Source of the DNA: Rhynchopus sp. YZ270_cl-10
Lineage: Eukaryota
NCBI GenBank assembly: GCA_964035575.1
Contig: OZ037836.1
Location: 1,860,001 to 1,924,000, forward strand
DNA: 64,000 bases
Reading direction: 5' to 3'
Part shown: positions 11,772 to 22,980 of the stretch, piece after piece
Layout of the letters: the number at the start of each line of letters is the position of its first letter
Position numbering within the stretch: the stretch's first letter is position 1
The notes under the pieces: generated by a model
What the model was told of the DNA's origin: nothing
What the model saw: the letters and a program-made list of their open reading frames with translations, nothing else
The model's database searches: none
Position numbers and translations under genes: made by a program

Positions 11772-13550
11772 GGGCGGCCGCCTCTCCAATGATGGATTCG
11801 CTCGGGACCGGAGGAGGAACAAGCCGATGTGGGAACCCTGGTTATTAATACAACATCACAGTCAATTTCGGGCAGATCACCAGCTTATGTAGGCTACGCA
11901 AACCCCTTCGAGGGGTTTCAAGGATCTGTTACCTGTGCGGTGACTGGGAGTGTGTTGATGCCGATGAGGGGATCCCAGGTACAAGAAGGAAGCGTTGCCG
12001 GTGTCTCTACTGGTGACGGAATATTGTTGCTGTTCCTGTGTTGTCGTTTGACCGCATGGGAACGTTTTGTTGCTTTGTTGGTGCGTACACTGTATGTGAA
12101 ACAACTGTGGATCAGCAGGTACGTGCTCTTGTGTATTCAGTGTGGTGTGTTGTAGTTTTGTTCAGTTCAGTTCAGTTTTCATCTTTTTGCCGTAGTAGAA
12201 TTCTTGTGTTATGTGTTTAACCTCAGGCTGTGTACACCGTAGTGAAACATCTGTGGATCTGCAGGTGCGTGCTCTGTCGTTAATTCAGTGTGGCATGTTG
12301 TAGTTTTTGGTCTGTTTTTACGTTTTTATACGTTAGTAGAAGAAGGGATCTGCGAACATTCATTCGCAGGTGGGTACAAGTTGTCGCCGTGGCATTCAGC
12401 TACGGTGCAGAAGAAGTAGTAGGGCAGACCAACGTCTGTGCTAGAAGGAAGAGGTTAAACTTTCAGGGTGTATGCATTGTACGTGAAACAACTGTGGATC
12501 TGCAGGTACATGCTCTGCTGTTTTTCCAATGTGTTTATTTTTGTTCTATTTTCACGTGCTTTGGTACGTTGATAGATGAAGGAGTTGTCGCCGTGGCTCA
12601 GCTACGGTGCAGAAGAGGCAGTAGGGCAGACCAACGTCTGTGCTAGAAGGAAGAGGTTAAGCTTTCAGGGTGTATGCACTGTACGTGAAACAACTGTGGA
12701 TCTGCAGGTACATGCTCTGTTGTTTTTCCAATCTGTTTGTTTTTGTTCTATTTTCACGTGCTTTGGTACGTTGAAGATGAAGGAGTTGTCGCCGTGGCGT
12801 CCAGCTACGGTGCAGATGAGGCAGTAGGGCAGACCAACTACCAAATGTAGGGTCTGTGCTACGCGGAAAGGCTGGTACTTGAGTTTGTTCACTGTTTGTT
12901 GTAACTCCTTCCCTGCCGGCACTCCCTTACTTGTAAGGAAGAAGTTACAACTTTCTCTGTACAAATCAGGGGAATTTTGTGTGGCCGTCTGCCATATTGT
13001 GTGGACATGTTAGCTGACGGTGCTGCTGTTTCTTTTACAGCAACACTGCTCTTGCTGTTGATTTTTCTTTTTCATTTTTACTTTTTAATGTTTCGAAAAA
13101 CGGAGGTTAATGTTTCCGGTTCGGGCCTGGACTCCGACCCCTACTTTTGCTGACGCGTACGAACGGTCGTGAACCGTCCCCATTCTCTTACGGTGCGGGC
13201 AACGCGGTAACGGTGGCTAGGAAGAAGGGAATCACCCAGAACCACTAATCGCAGCCTGACAGGCACCGAACCTCGGGTGAGAATCCCCTCCTGTCAGCCC
13301 TGTTCGAAGTACCTATTTTGTTTGACCTTCTTGTCTTTTTGACTTTTTGACTTTTCTTTTATGCTATCGAACAGTGCACCCCCAGTAGTGTTGGCATGCA
13401 TACCTGGGCTGGTCGGCTTGCCGATCTGTTCCAGGGACTGGGGTAAAGTGCCATTAAACGCAGCAGGTACCTGTGTTTTTTGGGGGTCTTTTGGTTGGGA
13501 AGGCCACAGAAAGAAGGCCCGGCCTGCCAGAGACCTAAAACGGACCCCTA
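11699..13550 (+). mobile_element. Non-coding retroposon-like insertion, family 3 (~1852 bp, 18-19-bp TSD)
   Basis: CCTCACGAAAACTAAGAAG at 11680-11698 and 13551-13569; contains ~202-bp tandem repeats at about 12397-12860; no RT ORF. Confidence 0.9.
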
Positions 13551-13635
13551 CCTCACGAAAACTAAGAAGTACTCAGCCCGAGCAGAGCTTCACGCGTTGG
13601 GTGAGACGGACATCACTGCACAGAGGTTGGAGGAG

Positions 13636-14239
13636 CCCGACGGCGGACCGCCCCCCATAGCACATTTTTGCGGTGCACGGGCGTACGGGATTAGTATCTT
13701 TTTTTCGAGAGAACCCAAGAGCGGCCAGGTCCTGGACAAGTACGTTGTGCTTTTAGACCTACAAACTGTCTGGGGTGGTGGGACCTCGGGGCGAAGGGTG
13801 CTTCCCGGGACCCCAATATCCTACCACAAGGAGCTCGAGTCGTGCATGGAATGCAGGGTACTCTGAGCCGATTACTTCCACAAAACTCCCAGATCCCAAG
13901 ACCTCCACGGGGGGCAGGCCTCCACGGCAACCCGCGACCGCCGACACCTTAGCTCCGTACTGCCTCTGTCTGTAACCTGCCGGTCCCCCACCTACCTACG
14001 CTTTTTGTGGTGTCTTTTTACGACGGTGGACCAAGGGGCTTTGCAGTGCAGTCAACGCCGACGGAGCGAGACTCGATTGTGACCGGGTGAAAAGGGAACC
14101 TTAGCCAGCGCTAACCAGCGGCAGTTTTGACTCAGGGAGGAGTTTCTCACCGCAGACTGGCGACACACCCCCACTTTTTCGGGGTGGCTGCATTCCTCTT
14201 CGGAACGGGGTGTTCCATCCTATTTTTAAAAACGTTTAT
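13636..14239 (+). mobile_element. Family 2 retroposon, full length (604 bp, 19-bp TSD), ribozyme-like head at 13636-13726
   Basis: TGCACAGAGGTTGGAGGAG at 13617-13635 and 14240-14258; P1 CCCGACG/CGT(A)CGGG. Confidence 0.92.
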
Positions 14240-15747
14240 TGCACAGAGGTTGGAGGAGGTGGAGGATCCTGAGGTGGCGTGTTTGCTTCTGCAGGCGGAG
14301 GTTGCGACTGTCATTCCGGATGACTTCTTGTCGGGTTCATCATTAACGAGACTTGATCTGAGTGCTGTGTCGTGTGTGACGGAGGTTGGTGATAGGTTTC
14401 TGTACAGTTGTACAACGTTGACAAGCATCGACCTGTCAGGGTTGAGCAATGTGACGCGCATCGGTGGCTCCTTTCTCTACTACTGCGAAGGTTTAACCAC
14501 TCTGGATCTTTCACCACTCAGCAACGTGACAGAAGTCGGTGGCTGCTTTCTCTCCGACTGCGAAGGTTTAACCACTCTGGATCTTACACCACTCAGCAAC
14601 TTGACAAAAATCGGTAACTCCTTTCTCTACGGCTGCAAAGGCTTGACCACTCTGGATCTTTCGCCACTCAGCAACGTGACAGAAATCGATGGCAACTTTC
14701 TCAGCTGCACAGGCTTAACCACTCTGGATCTTTCACCACTCAGCAACTTGACGCGTATTGGTAGCTACTTTCTCTACGGCTGCAAAGGTTTAACCACTCT
14801 GGATCTTTCACCACTCAGCAGGGTTAAGGTTGTTGGTTCGCACTTTCTTACGAACTGCACTTCGTTGAAGAGTATTCACCTTACCGGCTGCAGCAGTGCT
14901 GTGTCCGACGCAGTAGTGAAGTGCGAGCTGAGCAAGCTTGTGGTTGAAGCACGTCCGAAACGCAGCAGAGACGAATCCCCCGAGCAAGCACACAAACGGC
15001 AGAGAGCCGCACAATGACGATGAGGTGTGCTGGTGGGAGGGTATAAAGGGAAGGACTGGAAGGGTTTCAGCCTCAGAATTGGCAAGGTTCGCGGTACCAA
15101 GTGGTGGCTCACGTGCCATTTGTGTTTGAGGAAGCCTGCTATGTAGCACAGCACCAAAAGCAAAGCAGCTGTGCTGCGGTCAACGAAAGCAGACATGGTG
15201 GCAGTTTAGTGAGGACACATCAGTTAGCAAATGTTTGTTTAATGTTGATGAGGGTAGCATCGGTTTGTAATGTGGTCCACGTTTTTGTGGGAATTGTCAG
15301 GATCTTGATCACAACGATGAAGATTTGGGCTGTGTAAAATGTTTGTCTTGTTTGCCTTGTCGGGTGTGTGCACTGTATGTGAAACAACTGTGGATCTGCA
15401 GGTACGTGCTCTGTTGTTTATTCAGTGTGGTGTGTTGTGGTTTTGTTATGTTTTTACGCTTTTTTACTAACAAGAAGAAAACCGACGCAGGATCTTTTCT
15501 TGGAACTGTTTTATTCTCCTCACCCCAACAACAACATCACATTCAGAAAAACACTGTTTTTTCGTTTTTTTTCGCTTTCTTTTCGTCTTCCTCACACTTT
15601 GTTACTACGAAGAAAATTTTTTTCGTTCGCGCTTTTTTACGTTTGTAGAAGAAGGGACCTTGCGAACATTCTTTCGCAGGTGGGTACAAGCTGTCACCGT
15701 GGCACTCACTCAACAATTCTCCTTGAAAGAAAAAATACGTTGTTTTA

Positions 15748-17319
15748 GGGGGATCCGTAAATAGACCGGCAACGACCAGACACGTAATTAGTGTGTATAG
15801 CCGGTCTTTAGGGTCCGTAAAAAGACCGGCTCTTAAGGATTACCGGCTATAAGGGCCGGTCCTACCCACCCTCGAAAAAGACCGGCAGACCGGGTGTACA
15901 ATTGTACACACAAAAAATATCCGATTTTTTGGAAAAAACCAAAGGGGGACCCTTTGGTCGTCGAAATTCCCCAGCCAAAATTGGTCGCAAAATCGGCCGA
16001 TTTTTCAAAAATCTCAAAAAAAAAAAATCCCAAAAATTTTTTTTCACAAGTGTTTTTGAGGCCTGCTCACTACACCCTAGGCACCCTCCTGGGACCAAAA
16101 AGTCAAAAAAAGCAAGAATTGAGCTGTTTTGAGCATCTAGAGTTTATTCCCCAGCCATTTTCTGCACCACCAGTGCACTTTGTATGGGCCAGCGCCTTGT
16201 CAAAAAATCGAAAAATCTCAAAAAAAAAATTTTTTTTTTCGGGAAAATTTCGACCCCTGAGTTGGGTTTTTGGGCAGCAAAAAGTGCAAAAAAACGCAAA
16301 AATCGGGTGTTTTGACGATCTGGGGGTAAACCATATGCATTATGCACCTTATGCATTACTACAGGGCCCACAATTTCGGCTTTTCCTTAGCAAATTCCGC
16401 CACAATTTTTTTTTTTTTTCGATTTTGGCAAAGGCAAATCTCAGGCAAAAAGAAATCACCCCGATAATGGGTCCTTGGGTGTCCAAAGATGCCAAAAACA
16501 CAAAAAAAATTGATGTTTTGACCATCGGTGGGCACCTAAAACGCACTTTTCTGCCCAAAAAATGAATATCGATTTTTCTTAGCGTTCTTATAGCCGTGAT
16601 TTTTCAGTTTTTTTTCGCAAAGGTGAAAAAAAAATTCACCCAAAATAGTGGGTCCTTGGGAGACCAAAAACGCAAAAAAACGCAACATTTTGGTGTTTTG
16701 ACCCTTCAGAAGCACCCAAAACGCACTTTTGTGTACCAAAACACGCATATTTCACATTTCCTTAGCAATTCCTTTCACAAGTACAAGGCGATTTTTGACC
16801 AGACAAAAAAAATTTTATTGCCCAAAAACGGGCGTGGTAGGCACCCGAAGTCATAAAATGGCCCAAAGAATCCAAAAAACCTCAGAAATACATGTTCGTG
16901 AATAAACATTTGCAAGTCAAAATTCAACCACAATACGGTCATTTTGTGCATACCCTGTAGTAGTGGCTAGAGAGCACGCATGCAGACCTGTTCCTTGCAA
17001 TTTCCAGTGTTGTGTTTATCAATGCATGCATCCAGAGGACCTCTGGTTTGCGGAATCGTAGGCACTCCTGAGCAAAAATGAAGTCGGTTTTTGACCCAAA
17101 ATCGGGGTGTGTGGGCCTAATTTGCTCCAAATTTGGCCGAAAATTGGGATTTTTCTGAAAATTTCATTGTGCTCAGCAAAAATCCTTGCTTTTTTGAAGA
17201 ATTTTCCAAAAAATATGCTATACCCCCTATGACTGGACCCAACTCCCCTCACCCTTTTTTTTTTTCACCCAAAAGGGCCGGAAATTTTACACACGAATAC
17301 ACAAACTTACGGACCCCCC
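15748..17319. mobile_element. Non-autonomous PIF/Harbinger-like element (TTA TSD, 13-bp TIR GGGGG[A/G]TCCGTAA)
   Basis: TTA at 15745-15747 and 17320-17322; empty site in the paralog near 6075 (TGTTTTATATTTTTG). Confidence 0.85.
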
Positions 17320-18832
17320 TTATATTTTTGTTGCATGTATCTTCCAGTCCTGTGGCTGCCTGGAATAACTGGATGCATGCAACCCTGCAGTGCCATCAGC
17401 CATCTTGAGTTCACGAGATTACTGTGAACTCCGCTGCAGTTGCTGTGTTACATTTTACTGTTTCCTCAGTCCGATAACTTTTTTATTACGGTGCAGAAGA
17501 GGCAGTAGGGCAGACCAACTACCAAAGGTGGTCTGCGCTAGAGGGAAGGGGTTACGTTTTTAGGGTGTGTGCACTGTACGTGAGACAACTGACGTGCTCT
17601 GTTGTTTATCCAGGATCACGAACCTATGTCATTTGAAAGCATATTCGGGGATGGTACATGGGGACAGGAAGGGTAACAAACAAGGTGGTCGCCCTTCTTT
17701 ATTAGCACGCCATATGTTAGGGTTTTGTGCATTGCTTCTTTCATTAGTTTTGCAGTCAGGCCAGCTTACTGCGTGGGAGGGCTGCCACATCCAGGGGTGA
17801 GATGTGCTGCCTGCAAATGACTTCTCGAGTCTGCGAAGTGCATTTATACATTTTGCATCTCCATAACGATACACCTGCCCAGCTCAACCGACTCCCCCGA
17901 CAACTCATGTGTAACTGTTCGACGAGAGAAACCATAACTGTGTTCCTTCCCATCCCTCCACCTTTTCACTGTCCTCTTCGTCCATCTTTCCTATTGGTCG
18001 GAAGTGCCAAAATAGGGTCGATAATTTTTGGATTGGAAAGAGCGGTCGCGAAAAAGCCCAAATAAGGCGTTTTCGTTTTCGTTTTCGTTTTTAAATTTTC
18101 TAATTTTTTAGTTTTTATGATTACAATGCAATGCTAAAAGGAAATTAAACACCGTACCCAGAAGATGGCCGCTTCCAGACTTCGGGCGGTTCGGACTGAG
18201 TGTGGGGACGCGTTCAAGAATTAAACTCTTCCCCCCAAACCCCCTTTCGTCTCTAGTTTTCTTTATCCAAACGTCAAGTGGATGCGTAATAATTTTTGCA
18301 TTTTAGTTTTCATTTTTGAATTTGCTATTAATTTAATAAAGATACGATACCCACCCTATTCAAACCCAAACCTTTGTATTTCAGTGTGATCTGTGGTGAG
18401 GACGTGTTCCAACTTTTCAACGTCTTCCATTATTATTCTGACCCTGTGGATGATCTCAAGTACACCTGCCACGCAGAAAGCAGCCATCCACAAAGTCATT
18501 AACCTGTCAGAGTCCCACGTCAAGAGGGCCTTCCCCACCTCCCGCATGGGGCCATTGTCGGATGCGTTGTCCTACGTTATCCCGTACCTGTTTTGTCGTT
18601 GTTTCTTCTTGCCCCACCCAAACCACCTGCACAAAACAGATTTGACTCAACAGCAACCACCACAGTACACTGATCCTTGCCTAGACGTCTTTCTCACTGT
18701 CTCTCCATCCCCTTTTAAATAGTTGATAAAAAAAAGTGGAGATTGCGCAATACTGTGGCAACACAAACCGAGGCAACTGCACTACTCCAAGAATTTTTCA
18801 GAAAAAAACAGAACTCAGTCAGTCTAGGATAA

Positions 18833-20620
18833 ATGAACTGCCTCGATGCTGTACTATCGCTGGACGGGTCGTTGTGCGCGAAGGAACGCAAAAAGCGCTC
18901 GATTGTGCTGTTCTTCGCTTTGGCTGGGATTGTCTTTCTTGTTGCTGGGGTGGGCGCACGCATGGGGAAGCCGATTCCCGCAGCTATCCTTGCTGTGTAC
19001 ATCACGTCATTTGTCGTGGTGCTGTACCTCCTTGGATGTGTTCTGTGCAAAAGGGAGCTGAGCCACAACCTAATTGTCACTGTCTTGTACACTGCTAGCG
19101 TGGGCTTCTACGTAATGGACCTGAACGCGCGGACCGTGGGCATCCAAATGTGGCCTCTGCTCGTCATCGTTGTTGATTTGTTCTTGGTTCTCGAGGTGCC
19201 CGGGCAGTACACAACCGGGTTGGTGGCGTTCACTGTCTTCTGGTTGATTTTGATGGCTGTAGAAGAAAGCTTTCGTTTCGGGATCTTCGACCTCCCAGGG
19301 CTGAACGAGCAGCACGGTGAGTTTGGGAGAAGAGCGCACTTTCTTGCAAGAATGGACTGTGAGACGCTGCCTTGCCCAGTAGATTTCCCCCCAAGAACAC
19401 TGTACACCGCACTCTCCGTTTTTGTAATCGACTTCATGGCAACCCGAGGCTTCGCGAGGGAGGTGTTGAAGGATCAGGTGTCCATGGAGAAGACGATCAA
19501 CACTGTGCAGGTCATTGCCTCGATGCTGGCACAGTATGACGTGGAGGGGGTGGCCAGCCTGCTGACGACACACGAGGCCGACCTCCCTGCTGCCATGACC
19601 GAAGCACTTCGGCACTTAGAAGAGAACCTACGCCTCTACAAAGCGTACCTCCCGATGACGTGCCTGCCCTTTCCCACTCATGAAGTGGCGCGCGGCGATG
19701 TTTTCGACCGTGGATTATCCTGTTCACGGTCGTCCTCGCTCGCTTCCTCCTTATCCATCCAGCATCTTGTTTCGAGTCCTCGAGCCCTCGCATTGCCGCA
19801 GATAGGCTTGAGTGCCGTCAAGGCAACGTTGTTAACGATAAATATAAAAGACACATATGCGATCTTGGAGGATGGAGGCACCCATTTTGCGGCGTTGTTC
19901 ACGATGTTGCTGCAGCGTGTCATTGATGCGAGCGAATCGCAGAGGGGGATGGTCGATGTGTTTGTCGGCGACAGAGTACATTGCTCATTCAACACTACCC
20001 GGGTCTGCGCCAACCATGCGACATCAGCTCTGCACGCAGTATCAGCAGTGCTCGGAAATTCGATGGCAGTTGACGTCAATATGGGTGTCGCAACAGGAAA
20101 CGTGCTGCGTGGTGATATGGGATGTGACGGAATGCGTCGCTTCAGCATGGTAGGTCCTCTGGTGCGTGATGTGCACGGCATGGAGAGGGCAGGGCGTACG
20201 CTTGGGTGTACCGTCGTGTGTAATAGGATATGCTTTTCAGATGCAGAGTGTGAGCATCAGTTACGTCTGTTGCCGTGCAGGGTGGAGGTGGACAGCGGGT
20301 GTGAGAAGGAGCACATTGCCGAGCTGCTTGAAACCTCCAACGACAACGACCCCGACGCAGACGAATGGATGTACATGATAGGCGGCCGCAGTGATTGGGA
20401 CACATACAACGCAGTGGTGCGGAAGTACCTCAAAGGCAAGGCGTCTGCGCAGGACGTCATCGACGCTGCCTCTCAGGGTGTCTGTGCACAGAAACCCCTC
20501 AACGTTGTGCCCGGGTCGGTAAAAGGGGACCTCCTCTGTCTGCCGGTGCGCACAGCGCGTACCTCACGGTATTCCACACTGGATGCGTCAGTGTCGTTTC
20601 TTCGCACGACAACTGAGTAG
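18833..20620 (+). CDS. Multi-pass membrane protein with a degenerate class III adenylyl/guanylyl cyclase-like domain (copy 1)
   Basis: 595 aa; about 6 hydrophobic segments, then YKAYLP, TLLTINIKD, VFVGDRVHCSFN, MGVATGNVLRGDMG, EWMY. Confidence 0.85.
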   Translation: MNCLDAVLSLDGSLCAKERKKRSIVLFFALAGIVFLVAGVGARMGKPIPAAILAVYITSFVVVLYLLGCVLCKRELSHNLIVTVLYTASVGFYVMDLNARTVGIQMWPLLVIVVDLFLVLEVPGQYTTGLVAFTVFWLILMAVEESFRFGIFDLPGLNEQHGEFGRRAHFLARMDCETLPCPVDFPPRTLYTALSVFVIDFMATRGFAREVLKDQVSMEKTINTVQVIASMLAQYDVEGVASLLTTHEADLPAAMTEALRHLEENLRLYKAYLPMTCLPFPTHEVARGDVFDRGLSCSRSSSLASSLSIQHLVSSPRALALPQIGLSAVKATLLTINIKDTYAILEDGGTHFAALFTMLLQRVIDASESQRGMVDVFVGDRVHCSFNTTRVCANHATSALHAVSAVLGNSMAVDVNMGVATGNVLRGDMGCDGMRRFSMVGPLVRDVHGMERAGRTLGCTVVCNRICFSDAECEHQLRLLPCRVEVDSGCEKEHIAELLETSNDNDPDADEWMYMIGGRSDWDTYNAVVRKYLKGKASAQDVIDAASQGVCAQKPLNVVPGSVKGDLLCLPVRTARTSRYSTLDASVSFLRTTTE

Positions 20621-20636
20621 AAAAAAATGGAATCAG

Positions 20637-21407
20637 CAGTGTTTTTTCTACGGGGGTTGGAGGGGGGCGGTTTACACCCCTGGGTTTTTTTGGATTTTTA
20701 TTGGGATTACTGGGGGGTTTAAAGATCACCACAGGTGGTCGAAAGTGCCAAATTTTGGTTTTAACGGCCTCAAATCGTCGAAATTAGCCGGTCAATAGGG
20801 GTTGAAGTATGCTTGTGCGAGAGAAGCAACGAGTCTGCCTGTGGCAGTTGATGTGATGGTGTTGGTGACCAATGTCGAGCGAGCTTTTTCTGTGCTGAAG
20901 CTCATCATGACCCCACTGCGGAACCGACTCCGACAGGACACACTTGACATGTTGATCCGAATCAAGATGGAAGGTACGGAACAGCCAGGAGACGACTTTA
21001 TTGAGAAGGTCGTCGACAGGTTTGTGAAAATATCGCCGCAGGGAGGAAGGAGAGTGAATTTCTGACATCAGTTTACTTAACACCATTATTGTTTTTGTGT
21101 CTTCGTGTGGCGTCCTGCGAACCGCAGAAGTTGTGTACTCTGTTCTGTTCGTGTTAGTTTCACCCCCGCCTTAAGCGCATGTTGCACGGTCCCATGTACA
21201 GCTCACCTAAGGACCCCCAGCACCCCTCCCTGATGCCTTTTCATCAACCTCCCCCCAAGAAAAAGCCCACACTACTTGACTCATAAGCCCTGTGACTTGC
21301 AGGGAGACGCGCGCGAAGCGCGCAGGCGAGCGTTCTCACCGGGGAAAAACTTTTTTTTTTTACCGCCCCCTCGAAAATGAAAAACCCAAATCCTAGAAAA
21401 AACCCTG
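20637..21407 (+). mobile_element. Deleted hAT-type element carrying a C-terminal dimerisation-domain remnant
   Basis: TIR CAGTGTTTTTTCTA / TAGAAAAAACCCTG; 20802-21065 encodes VERAFSVLKLIMTPLRNRL; flanks AATCAG/AATCAT; absent downstream of copy 2. Confidence 0.8.
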
Positions 21408-22288
21408 AATCATGATAAAAAAAAAGTACACGTTTGCCACTGAGTTTGTCTTCACTAATTTACTTTTTGTTGTGTGTTTTTGTTTGGAAGCGGCAACGCA
21501 TCGAGATGACGGGTGAGGGAACTGCACGAGACACTTTTTTGACAGCATTGGACAGCCATTTTGGGCTTTCTTTGCGAAAGGGGGCGTGAGGATGGGGAAA
21601 TCCGGGGAGTTTGGGTACTCTACAAAAAAGTGAGAAACAAAATCATGATACCTGCGAGCAGTGGATTATACAGAAAGCAAGGGGGGGATATATAAAGCCC
21701 TGCCTACTAGTAAACCAATACTACAGGTGTCAATAGCTATCTGCACCCACACAGGAAAAACGGGAAACGAAACAGGGGGTGAGAGTTTGTTGGTTTGTAC
21801 GTTTCTACCCAAATCAAAACCACATAGATGGTTTGCATTGCCTCTTGCAAAGAGCGACGACAAGGCAAAGAACTCACTCTTTTACAAGGGAATAAGGGTT
21901 CAATTTTTGCAACAACTTTTTCTTTTCTCTATTACCTGTGTCCCGAATAAGGAATACGTTGAAGGAGCATTTGAACAAGAGAAAACAAAAAGCTTGCGTT
22001 TCTTTTTATCTAACAATCTCCGCCCAAAACGTAAAACACCACCGTTCAAAATCAGAAATAGCTATTTTTTACCGACCAGAAAAGTCGTTTTCTTGATGAG
22101 TGTTTTCTGAGTGCACAACGTGCACAAACTCGATGCACATAACATAGATCTATTTTTCAAAAACACAGCAGAGATTTACACCACTGTAGCAACACAACCG
22201 AGGCAACTACACTACCCCAAGAATTTATCAAAAAAAAAAAAAAATAGTGGAGCACACTCTAGGGTGGCTACACTAATACAACCAAGTT

Positions 22289-22927
22289 CAGGGTATTAGG
22301 GTGGTTAAAAAAACTGGTTTTGAAAACCAGTTTTTCCAAAAACTGGTTTTCAAAAAAAAAAAAAAAAACAGAGAAATCTGGAGGGGAAAAAAAAACCGAC
22401 ACTTTTCACCAGGCCTTTCTGTAAATGTCGTCCCCAGATTAGGGCGGACTCGATTTTTTTCCCCGCATTTTCCCCCCGCCTGGTAGAACCGTGGTTGAAC
22501 CACGGGAGTGCCATTTGGGAAATGGCTGTTCCTTGATTTTTTTTTGCCTGCGGCGCCATTTTTCATTTTTTGCTCCGCAAAAAAGGGTTCGTTTGAGTGG
22601 CTCTGTGGTGTAAAAAGCTAGATTTTTACACCGTACCCTCAAAATTTTTCGCCTGCGGCGCCATTTTATATTATTTTTTTGCCCCGCAAAAAAGAAAATA
22701 CAGTCCCTCTGTTCCCAATGTCTACCCTGGGTCAGCAGCGCCGAAAAATATTTTGAATCTGGATTCCTGGATAAGACACTGACCCCACCCCCGAAAAACC
22801 CGAAAAAGGTGACTGTGTCCGTCAACGGTGGAGGTTTTCGCCAGAAACACTAGTTTTTGCCGCCCAGGAGAGAAAACCAGAAAAACCAGTTTTTTCCGGG
22901 ATTTTGGATTTTCACCCTAATACCCTG
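22289..22927. mobile_element. hAT-type MITE (639 bp, 15-bp TIR CAGGGTATTAGGGTG, 8-bp TSD ACCAAGTT)
   Basis: TSD at 22281-22288 and 22928-22935; perfect TIR. Confidence 0.9.
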
Positions 22928-22980
22928 ACCAAGTTTTCAAAAAAAAAAAAAAAAAACAGAACTCAGTCAGTCTAGGATAA

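Larger units (their letters stand above)
11489..15017 (+). pseudogene. UBL-LRR type B gene (7 LRRs plus cap, bipartite-NLS-like tail) split by two insertions; otherwise intact
   Basis: Segments 11489-11698, 13570-13635 and 14259-15017 join into an uninterrupted ORF ending RPKRSRDESPEQAHKRQRAAQ. Confidence 0.82.
11161..18190 (+). repeat. Segmental duplicate of 3405-6945 (type B gene plus flanks) with different TE insertions
   Basis: Near-identical upstream (3450-3750 vs 11190-11490) and downstream (6075-6945 vs 17320-18190) flanks. Confidence 0.85.

Noticed and set aside
15894..16565. 223-aa ORF and similar K/F-rich ORFs in MITEs (31555-32165, 40900-41562)
   Set aside because: Products of A/T homopolymer tracts and tandem repeats; not protein-like
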